Shown here piece by piece: positions 36,933 through 44,525 of a stretch of 64,000 nt of DNA; within the stretch, counting starts at the first letter, position 1, and every line of letters starts with the position of its first letter. The position numbers and the translations under genes were made by a program. The DNA comes from Bacteroidales bacterium (lineage in GTDB: Bacteria; Bacteroidota; Bacteroidia; Bacteroidales; UBA1715), in contig JAFZOY010000156.1 of assembly GCA_017552705.1 (NCBI GenBank), positions 7,319 through 71,318 of the forward strand. The letters are read 5' to 3'. The notes beneath the pieces are model-generated. The model searched no databases. It was not told where the DNA came from and saw only the letters and a program-made list of their open reading frames with translations.

Positions 36933-38471
36933 ATGAGACGACATTTGCTCATCATTCAATTATTGCTTCTCGCCCTCTATTGTTCGGCGCAAGGGTACAA
37001 AAACCCAGTGATTTCGGGCATGGCTCCCGATCCGAGCGTGTGCCGCGTGGGCAATGACTATTATTTGGTGACAAGTTCGTTTATTCAAAATCCAGCATTG
37101 CCGATTTATCATAGCAACGACTTAATCAATTGGGAATTAATAAATTATGCCGTAACCGACCAAAATGGTCTTGACTTGAGCAAAGGCGTCGGCATGTTTG
37201 CCCCGACAATCCGTTACAATGAGCATGACAGCACATTTTACGTGATTTGTACCAACGTTGGCTGTGGGCAAAATTTCATAGTTCATGCCAAACATCCCGA
37301 TTCCACGTGGAGCAATCCCGTGTTTCTCACCAATCCACGCATTGGGATAGATCCCTCGCTCTTTTGGACTGATGACGGGGCGTGTTATTTGCAATGTACA
37401 GGCGACAACAACATTATCCAGATTTGCATCAATCCCAAAACTGGCGAAGAATTGTCGTCGTTCCACTACCTGACCGACGGCTTGGGTGGCCGATACCCCG
37501 AAGGGCCTCACATTTATAAAAGAGGTGACTATTACTATCTCATGATTTCCGAAGGAGGAACCGAGTTTGGACATCACGTGAACCTATTCCGCAGCGACGA
37601 CATTTGGGGGCCGTATATGCCAGCACCGAACAATCCGATACTGTCGCACGTAGGGAAAAATGCCCAAAACAACCCGATTCAATGCACAGGTCATGCCGAT
37701 TTGATAGAGGCACACGATGGCTCGTGGTGGATGGTTTTCCTGGGAACACGTCCCATCGGTGAATTTTATCCTTTGGGCAGAGAAACGTTTCTGGCACCCG
37801 TGGAATGGAACGATAAAGGTTGGCTTACGGTGAACGGTAACGGAACAGTTTCGGAAGAAATGAACGTGAAAACCTTGCCACAATCAACAAAAAAGTCCGT
37901 TTCGCAACGGAAAAACCCGATTACTTTTGTAAATGGTTTTTCTCACAACATTCCCGAAGATTGGAACGCATACCGAGTTTCGCCACAAACCGTTGCAAAA
38001 ATCACCCCTGAGGGACTTGAAATCAAGGCAAGCAATACGTACGATGCTTTTGTCGGCACACGACAATTGGATTACTACATGGACGTGGAACTCAAACTCG
38101 AAATTGCCGATTGGGAAGGCGAAGCGGGGCTATGTGTCCATCACGACGACGGCAAACGCTACAATATTGCCTTGGTGCGCGAAAACGGACAAGCATTTGT
38201 CAAGTCAGAATGTTTGTTCAATAGCGTCAATCAAGTAAAAACGACGGAAATTGATTCCAAGACGCACGTTATTTACCTGAAAATCAGTTCACAAAAGGAA
38301 TTGTACAAATTCTATTGGAAATACGCCGACAATGCAAACGGCCAAGCATGGACTGAAATCGGGCAAATGGATGCACAATACCTTGCAGGAGGATTTTCGG
38401 GATTGTTGGTCGGTCCCTACGTTGCAAAGGGCAAAGCAGTATTTACGTGGTTTACAATTAAGTATAAATAG
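36933..38471 (+). CDS. glycoside hydrolase family 43 (beta-xylosidase/alpha-L-arabinofuranosidase type) with C-terminal beta-sandwich domain
   Basis: Signal peptide. NPVISGMAPDPSVCRVGNDYYLVTSSF, FAPTIRY, GIDPSLFWTDDG, EGPHIYKRGDYYYLMISEGGT (GH43 catalytic Asp/Asp/Glu contexts). Confidence 0.88.
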   Translation: MRRHLLIIQLLLLALYCSAQGYKNPVISGMAPDPSVCRVGNDYYLVTSSFIQNPALPIYHSNDLINWELINYAVTDQNGLDLSKGVGMFAPTIRYNEHDSTFYVICTNVGCGQNFIVHAKHPDSTWSNPVFLTNPRIGIDPSLFWTDDGACYLQCTGDNNIIQICINPKTGEELSSFHYLTDGLGGRYPEGPHIYKRGDYYYLMISEGGTEFGHHVNLFRSDDIWGPYMPAPNNPILSHVGKNAQNNPIQCTGHADLIEAHDGSWWMVFLGTRPIGEFYPLGRETFLAPVEWNDKGWLTVNGNGTVSEEMNVKTLPQSTKKSVSQRKNPITFVNGFSHNIPEDWNAYRVSPQTVAKITPEGLEIKASNTYDAFVGTRQLDYYMDVELKLEIADWEGEAGLCVHHDDGKRYNIALVRENGQAFVKSECLFNSVNQVKTTEIDSKTHVIYLKISSQKELYKFYWKYADNANGQAWTEIGQMDAQYLAGGFSGLLVGPYVAKGKAVFTWFTIKYK

Positions 38472-38506
38472 TGCTTTTGTGATTTCATAAATATAAAATC
38501 TTTCTT

Positions 38507-38514
38507 ACTTTTGG
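38507..38514 (+). promoter_or_regulatory. -7 box (TActTTTG) upstream of 38530
   Basis: Perfect TAnnTTTG, 15 nt before the ATG. Confidence 0.4.
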
Positions 38515-38529
38515 CTACAATATAATGCG

Positions 38530-39228
38530 ATGAAACGAGTTTTTATATACTGCATATTGTTGTGTGCCTGCCTATCCTGCTCCAAGAAAAAAGCGGAGCC
38601 CGATGTTGCATGGGACAAATATTATCCGACAAAAATCGGCAGCGGCAATGTGTATGAATTTACTCAAATAAAAATTGATGTGTTAGCCGAGAGACGAGAT
38701 ACGAGTGTGTTTTATGTGCAAGAATTGTTTTCGGCATGTATTTCCGACACCAATTCCTGCAAGGTTTACGCCGTGAACAGTTTCAAGTCAGAAACGCCTT
38801 ACGGACCGTGGCAGCCATACTTATCGTCAAGTGTGCAGAAATATCCACATTCCATTGTGGAAGTGGAACAAAATGTGCCATATCAGATTTTGAAATTCCC
38901 TGCCAAATTCGATTATTCGTGGGATTTGAACCTGTTCAACACAAACGACGAACAATTGGCACACTACGAAAAAATCCAAACTACCGATACAATTTTGGGA
39001 GTTCCGTACGACTCGGTCTTAGTGGTTCTGCAACAAGACTTTAAGACACTTTACTCATGGCAATATGGTGAAGCCCGATATGCTAAAAATATTGGTATGA
39101 TTTACAGGAAAGCGATTGATGTGGAATCGCAGCCGAACCATGCGCAAATCGATTTGAGTAAACCAATCGAAGAACGAATTACCAAAGGTTCAATCACACA
39201 ATACCGCTTGGTTTACAGACAACAATAA
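38530..39228 (+). CDS. hypothetical lipoprotein (232 aa)
   Basis: Lipobox LLCACLSCSKKK. No recognisable domain. Confidence 0.65.
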   Translation: MKRVFIYCILLCACLSCSKKKAEPDVAWDKYYPTKIGSGNVYEFTQIKIDVLAERRDTSVFYVQELFSACISDTNSCKVYAVNSFKSETPYGPWQPYLSSSVQKYPHSIVEVEQNVPYQILKFPAKFDYSWDLNLFNTNDEQLAHYEKIQTTDTILGVPYDSVLVVLQQDFKTLYSWQYGEARYAKNIGMIYRKAIDVESQPNHAQIDLSKPIEERITKGSITQYRLVYRQQ

Positions 39229-39230
39229 CT

Positions 39231-40289
39231 ATGAAGAAATTTTGTTCAATACTATGTTTTTTCTTATGCCTCACATATATCACTGTGGGACAACAATTTA
39301 TAGTATACGACACGATTCCTATCAAACACGGTACAAGCAAACTTCGCCTCTATCGAAATATTGAAAAATGGTTTGAGAAAGAAAAAGGACAGAAATTGCT
39401 TGGCAAAAACTGGAAGGAACTCAAATTTGTTGGGAAAGGATATTTTCCATACGCAAATTACGTGCAAATGCCCGATGTATATCTGTCGTCGCACGCTGCC
39501 GAAAAAACAAAAGGAAGCATTGTATTTAACATCAACATTGAAATTCAGGATTCGATTATCGTCGCAAAGTTTTCGAACTTCTTACACGAAGCCCGTTTCA
39601 CGGAATATGGAAGCACTTCGTTTGGCCGCCTGATGAACTACGAAAAAGTTCCTTCGGGAAAATGTATGGAAGTGGAAGAATGGTGCAATGCGGTTTGGGC
39701 AGATATGAAAGCGTGGGCAGTGTACGAAACAAAAACACGCGCCAAACGGATGATACCATCAACGCTCGTACGAAAACGAACGTATAAAGTTCACGAAGAA
39801 GAAGTTGTGGCTCCACCAACAGCCCAACCATTCGACAATGCAGAATATTTGAAACTGGAAAATTATTTGTTAAAGGACACAGAAGGAAAATATGCCGACT
39901 ACAACAAAGATCCTGAGGAAATAGAAGCAGAAAAGGCTGCTGCCGCCGCTGCATTGGCAGAAAAAGAAAAGAAGAAACATAAGGAAGCCGAAGTTGTGGA
40001 AGAACCCGAAGAGACCGACGAACAAACGGAGGAAGCGCCATCGGTGGCACAGGAAAAGGAAACTGTTGCAGAAAAGGAAACAGCCGAACCTGCCGACGAT
40101 GAGGATTATGATGACGAGGAAGAACAGCCTGCAAAGAAATCGAAGGACAAAAAAGAAGAAAAAGCCCCGAAAGTAAAGGCTGAAAAGGAATCAAAACCGG
40201 CTAAAGCAGCAAAAGAAAAGAAACCGAAAAAGCCTGCCGACGATTATGACGACTACGATGAGGAAGACGAGGATGACGACGACTATTAA
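39231..40289 (+). CDS. secreted hypothetical protein (possibly DUF4468-like N-domain) with about 130-aa highly charged low-complexity tail
   Basis: Signal peptide. Globular N-terminal half. Tail ...EAEKAAAAAALAEKEKKKHKEAEVVEEPEETDEQTEE...DDEDYDDEEEQPAKKSKDKKEEKAPKVKAEKESKPAKAAKEKKPKKPADDYDDYDEEDEDDDDY. Confidence 0.6.
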   Translation: MKKFCSILCFFLCLTYITVGQQFIVYDTIPIKHGTSKLRLYRNIEKWFEKEKGQKLLGKNWKELKFVGKGYFPYANYVQMPDVYLSSHAAEKTKGSIVFNINIEIQDSIIVAKFSNFLHEARFTEYGSTSFGRLMNYEKVPSGKCMEVEEWCNAVWADMKAWAVYETKTRAKRMIPSTLVRKRTYKVHEEEVVAPPTAQPFDNAEYLKLENYLLKDTEGKYADYNKDPEEIEAEKAAAAAALAEKEKKKHKEAEVVEEPEETDEQTEEAPSVAQEKETVAEKETAEPADDEDYDDEEEQPAKKSKDKKEEKAPKVKAEKESKPAKAAKEKKPKKPADDYDDYDEEDEDDDDY

Positions 40290-40410
40290 TCTTCACACCA
40301 TTTTCGTAATATGATTCAGCCAGATTTCATTTTTCAATGATTATCAGAAGTTTACACAATATTGCAACCTTTACAAAAAAGGAAAATTGTGATTTATTTC
40401 TCCACTTTCT

Positions 40411-40418
40411 TATTTTTG
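40411..40418 (+). promoter_or_regulatory. -7 box (TAttTTTG) upstream of 40435/rsgA
   Basis: Perfect TAnnTTTG, 16 nt before the ATG at 40435. Confidence 0.4.
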
Positions 40419-40434
40419 TAAAAAATTCAAAACT

Positions 40435-40857
40435 ATGGCTAAAATTGAATTGACAGACAAACAGTTCCAAAATCTTCTGCAATTAGTGTATATGGGAGAA
40501 TGGATGCTGCAGGCATACGAGCCAGCCGACAACGCAGGCGAAATCGACGAACTGGAGCAACAACTTTACGAAAGCGCCTACCGACAAGGAAACGACGACA
40601 TTGAATTCGATAAAAAATTAGGCGGCTATGCTCCGTGCCAAGAATTCGAAGACGACTGCGACGAACTTATCGAACAATACGACGAACACACATTTTGGGA
40701 AGAACTGATAATCCGCATGGCAAACCGCGACCTAAAACAAATGGGCGGCGACAAACTATCGCCAAAGGAGTTCGAGAAAAAACAAAATGAATTGATTCAA
40801 AAGTACGAAAAAGAGTTCGGCAAAAACGGCATCGAAAACCTGATTCTAAAGAAATAA
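40435..40857 (+). CDS. acidic hypothetical cytoplasmic protein (140 aa)
   Basis: Track ORF. Helical and acidic. Its stop lies 1 nt before the rsgA ATG. Confidence 0.6.
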   Translation: MAKIELTDKQFQNLLQLVYMGEWMLQAYEPADNAGEIDELEQQLYESAYRQGNDDIEFDKKLGGYAPCQEFEDDCDELIEQYDEHTFWEELIIRMANRDLKQMGGDKLSPKEFEKKQNELIQKYEKEFGKNGIENLILKK

Positions 40858-40858
40858 C

Positions 40859-41791
40859 ATGAAAGGTCTCGTCCTTAAATCGACTGGCAACAACTACAAA
40901 GTAAAAACCGAAAGCGGCAACGTGTACGACTGCCGAATAAAAGGGAAACTGCGGCTCAACGGCATCAGAAGCACAAATCCTATTGCCGTGGGCGACTATG
41001 TACTGTTCGACGAGGAAAACGAGTCGGCTGGCATCATCACCGACATTGCCGACCGAAAAAATTATATTATCCGCAAGGCATCGAATCTTTCTAAGGAATC
41101 GCAGATTATCGCCGCCAACATCGACATGGCGTACATTGTAATCACCGTCCACTCGCCACAGACCTTGCTTCAGTTTGTCGACAGATTTTTGGTTACCGCC
41201 GAGGCTTACGACATTCCTTGCACCATTCTCATCAATAAATACGATTTGTTCCAATCCGAAAAAGACCAACAAACTATTCAGGAATGGCAGGGAATCTACC
41301 GACTTGCCGGCTACGAAGTACTTTGTATTTCAACAAAAACGGGACACAACATCGAAGAATTGAGAAAACGGCTTGCCGGAAAAGTGTCGCTTTTCTCGGG
41401 CAATTCGGGCGTAGGCAAAACATCTATAATCAAAACTTTGACGAACAACAACGACCTGAAAACCAGCGAAATATCAAAATCATTCCACAAAGGGCAACAT
41501 ACCACCACATTTGCCGAAATGTACGAAACAGCCGATGGTGGCAACATTATCGACACTCCCGGAGTGAAAGCGTTCGGCCTACTCAATATGGAAAGCGAAG
41601 AAATCAGCCAATATTTCCCAGAAATCTTCAAATATTCCTCCGACTGCCAATATTACAACTGCACACACTCACACGAGCCGAAATGCAATGTGATTAAAGC
41701 TGTGGAAGAAGGGAAAATCGCCTTGTCGCGATACAAAAATTATTTAACGTTTATGGAAGATAAAAACGTGAAACACAGAGAGGCACAATAA
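40859..41791 (+). CDS. rsgA: ribosome small subunit-dependent GTPase A
   Basis: OB-fold N-terminus, circularly permuted GTPase (NKYDL, GNSGVGKTS, DTPG), C-terminal zinc knuckle C..Y.C.H..EP.C. Confidence 0.92.
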   Translation: MKGLVLKSTGNNYKVKTESGNVYDCRIKGKLRLNGIRSTNPIAVGDYVLFDEENESAGIITDIADRKNYIIRKASNLSKESQIIAANIDMAYIVITVHSPQTLLQFVDRFLVTAEAYDIPCTILINKYDLFQSEKDQQTIQEWQGIYRLAGYEVLCISTKTGHNIEELRKRLAGKVSLFSGNSGVGKTSIIKTLTNNNDLKTSEISKSFHKGQHTTTFAEMYETADGGNIIDTPGVKAFGLLNMESEEISQYFPEIFKYSSDCQYYNCTHSHEPKCNVIKAVEEGKIALSRYKNYLTFMEDKNVKHREAQ

Positions 41792-41807
41792 CATAAAACC
41801 TACGATT

Positions 41808-42335
41808 ATGATACTACACGAAGAAAACATCAGAAACGAAGCGGTTATTTCTATTGCTAAAAAAATTGCGATTGCCGCACGGACAGCACCAAAAGGGAAA
41901 GGTGTTGACAATCTTGAAATTGTGATTCTAACCGACGACGATATTGAGCGTTTGGCGACAGCCATGTGCGCCATTGCTGAAAACGAGGGACGGACATCAT
42001 TCGCCCGCGATGCCGACAATTGTAGGAAAAGCCAAGCTGTTATGCTGTTCGGCACAAAAGTGCAATCGCTTGGGTTGAACTGTACATTCTGTGGATTTCA
42101 AACATGTGCCGAAAAAGACGAGCACCCCACTATTCCTTGTTTTTTCAACGCCAACGACTTAGGCATAGCAATCGGTTCAGCCGTTTCGCGTGCAGCCGAC
42201 AACCGCATCGACAACCGTGTGATGTACACGATTGGCTATACCGCCACAAAAATGAACTTATTGCCTGAATGCAACATCATTTTGGGCATACCATTATCTG
42301 TGAGTGGGAAAAGTCCATTTTTCGACCGAAAATAG
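41808..42335 (+). CDS. DUF2148-type ferredoxin-domain protein
   Basis: ARTAPKGKGVD, LNCTFCGFQTCAE, DLGIAIGSAV pattern recalled from the DUF2148 family. Confidence 0.55.
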   Translation: MILHEENIRNEAVISIAKKIAIAARTAPKGKGVDNLEIVILTDDDIERLATAMCAIAENEGRTSFARDADNCRKSQAVMLFGTKVQSLGLNCTFCGFQTCAEKDEHPTIPCFFNANDLGIAIGSAVSRAADNRIDNRVMYTIGYTATKMNLLPECNIILGIPLSVSGKSPFFDRK

Positions 42336-42410
42336 ACATTCAATCACGCACGGCGGAAACACACGTGCCTGCCGCAAATCTGTACGGCATTCTGCCACGA
42401 AATCCGGGTA

Positions 42411-42617
42411 TTAATACGCATTGGTAAACGAGGTTTCCAAACCATCGTTATACCCTTTTTTGTACCCGTCTTTTTGCCCTTGTTCGTAACCGTCGTTGAA
42501 ACCTTTAATCTTACCTTCCTCAAGACCAGTCACATAGGCATTTTGGATTTCTGTGTCAGTAGCTCCACAACCTGCCAACGCTAACGCAATAATTGAAAAA
42601 ATTAAAACTCGTTTCAT
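42411..42617 (-). CDS. small lipoprotein (68 aa) with G[YF]xxG repeats
   Basis: MKRVLIFSIIALALAGCG lipobox, followed by EEGKIKGFNDGYEQGQKDGYKKGYNDG. Start set to 42617. Confidence 0.55.
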   Translation of the reverse strand: MKRVLIFSIIALALAGCGATDTEIQNAYVTGLEEGKIKGFNDGYEQGQKDGYKKGYNDGLETSFTNAY

Positions 42618-42707
42618 AGCTGTAAACCTTTTATACAAATTTGACCTCGTTTTTTTCAAATTGTTACAAGTACACTAAGGTAGTTATCAACAACATATGT
42701 TAATTAA

Positions 42708-42737
42708 CTAAAAATGAGGCAATTAAAATACCTCATT
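42708..42737 (-). terminator. candidate terminator downstream of the PfkB kinase gene
   Basis: aatgagg-N11-cctcatt hairpin. On the minus strand it is followed by a T-run (ttttt). Confidence 0.4.
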
Positions 42738-42824
42738 TTATATATAAAAGTGAACAGTTTTAGTTCAGAAACAACTCATCGGAAGATTTTCGTCAATGTA
42801 AAAAATCCGTTTTTGGATATTATA

Positions 42825-43742
42825 TTACATCAACTTAAAATCTGTCAATTCCTTAAATCTGAAAATTCGATTCTTTATATCCTCCGCCGAAAGATTTTCG
42901 AGAGCTTCGGTGCCCATTTTTTCAACGGTGAACGAAGCCATGGCAGAAGCCACCACAACAGCGGTTTTCATTGTTTCAAAATCAGTTTTGTCCTGTTGGG
43001 CTATGTAACCGATAAACGCTCCAGCGAATGTGTCGCCGGCTCCCGTTGGGTCAACCACATCCTCGAGAGGCAACGCAGGAACACTAAAAATCTTATCCTT
43101 GCTGAACAACAATGCGCCATGTTCGCCTTTCTTTATAATAACATAGCGAGGTCCCATAGCACAAATCTTGCGTGCCGCCTTTGATAGACAACGTTCGCCG
43201 TCTGACAACTGACGGGCTTCTTCGTCGTTTATAATGATGATGTCAACCATCGAGATGGTCTTTTTGAGTTCGTCCATCATGGTGTCCATCCAGAAATTCA
43301 TAGTATCAAGAGCGACGAACTTCGGCTTATGGTTAAGCTGCTCCAACACGCTGCGTTGCAATACAGGACTGCCATTTCCCAACATTACATATTCGGTATC
43401 CTTATATGAATCAGGAAGAACAGGCTTATAATTTTTCACCACGTTCAGTTCCGTCGTCAACGTTTCGCGTTGGTTCATATTGTCGAAATATCGACACGAC
43501 CAAAACATAGATTTTTCATCTTGCTTAATCTGCATACCAGCCAAATCAACGCCCTTGTCCTTCAGTTTTTGAATGAATTCCTGTGGGAAATCGTATCCCA
43601 CGGCAGAGAGAGTCTGAGGTCTCACAAAGTAAGAAGCTGAAAAACAGATATATGTACCAGAACCGCCAATGATTTTATCCGTCTTGGCGTACGGAGTTTC
43701 AATCGCATCAAAAGCAACCGTGCCGAAAATAATTGTATTCAT
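42825..43742 (-). CDS. PfkB-family carbohydrate/nucleoside kinase
   Basis: GGSGTY.., DPTGAGDTFAGAFIGY (PfkB signature 2), 305 aa. Confidence 0.85.
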   Translation of the reverse strand: MNTIIFGTVAFDAIETPYAKTDKIIGGSGTYICFSASYFVRPQTLSAVGYDFPQEFIQKLKDKGVDLAGMQIKQDEKSMFWSCRYFDNMNQRETLTTELNVVKNYKPVLPDSYKDTEYVMLGNGSPVLQRSVLEQLNHKPKFVALDTMNFWMDTMMDELKKTISMVDIIIINDEEARQLSDGERCLSKAARKICAMGPRYVIIKKGEHGALLFSKDKIFSVPALPLEDVVDPTGAGDTFAGAFIGYIAQQDKTDFETMKTAVVVASAMASFTVEKMGTEALENLSAEDIKNRIFRFKELTDFKLM

Positions 43743-43817
43743 TGTTATTTTTTTTACAAAGATATTTTTTTATTCAAAATTACTTGTATATTTGCACTGC
43801 TTTTTCGGGAGCAACAT

Positions 43818-43891
43818 TCCCAAATAGCTCAGTTGGTTAGAGCATCTGACTGTTAATCAGAGGGTCACTGGTTCAAGTCCAGTTTTGGGAG
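43818..43891 (+). tRNA. tRNA-Asn (GUU)
   Basis: TCCCAAA TA GCTC AGTTGGTTA GAGC A TCTGA CTGTTAA TCAGA GGGTC ACTGG TTCAAGT CCAGT TTTGGGA G. Canonical cloverleaf. Confidence 0.92.
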
Positions 43892-43892
43892 C

Positions 43893-43922
43893 AAGCCTCA
43901 GCAGAAATGTTGAGGCTTTTTT
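43893..43922 (+). terminator. rho-independent terminator after tRNA-Asn
   Basis: aagcctca-N10-tgaggctt (8-bp stem) followed by a T-run. Confidence 0.75.
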
Positions 43923-43937
43923 ATGTCCAATTGGGTA

Positions 43938-44525
43938 CTAATAATGTACAGGATGCATAGCGCATACGCTGAGCATATATCCTTCATATTCAACGCTTTT
44001 GCAGAACCATTGCGAGCCATTGTACACGATTGGTTTTTCCTCTTGAAACGGCATCACCGAAATTGAATCAAGCGGCACGGTTATACCGCACCCTACGGCT
44101 TTCACCAAACTTTCTTTTTGTGTCCACAAGGTAAAAAAACGATGAAGTACGTCATCGTTCATCCAAGTGATTTCTTCTGCCGTAAACACTTTTGAGGCAA
44201 CTTGAAAATGACGCTCACGAATCTTTTCTATATCAACACCAACAGGTTGGTTATCAGCGACTAAAACCACATACGAGCCACTATGCGACACATTGAATTC
44301 CAATCCGTTTTCCACGAAAAGTTTTCCGTTGTCGTTCGTTTTCAAATCAGATTCCCGAAGGTCTGGAAATATTTTGAGCAATAACACCCCTACTCCAATG
44401 CACCGCAACGAATCCTGTCCACTTTTAAAGCGTTGGGAACGAGCATACCGAAGCGGCAAACGCTCGGCAACAACATGTTGCATTTCCTGCGTAATGCTGT
44501 CGATATTGAGGATATGAAGTTCCAT
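43938..44525 (-). CDS. 4'-phosphopantetheinyl transferase (Sfp-type)
   Basis: FNVSHSGSYVVLVADNQPVGVDIEKI and FTLWTQKESLVKAVG (PPTase motifs). Its ATG overlaps the stop of the upstream SusC-like gene by 1 nt. Confidence 0.8.
   Translation of the reverse strand: MELHILNIDSITQEMQHVVAERLPLRYARSQRFKSGQDSLRCIGVGVLLLKIFPDLRESDLKTNDNGKLFVENGLEFNVSHSGSYVVLVADNQPVGVDIEKIRERHFQVASKVFTAEEITWMNDDVLHRFFTLWTQKESLVKAVGCGITVPLDSISVMPFQEEKPIVYNGSQWFCKSVEYEGYMLSVCAMHPVHY

Noticed and set aside
39598-40194. 198-aa minus-strand ORF opposite the charged tail of 39231-40289
   Set aside because: The GAA/AAG-rich low-complexity coding sequence produces a Leu/Phe/Pro-rich antisense frame, which is not a credible protein.
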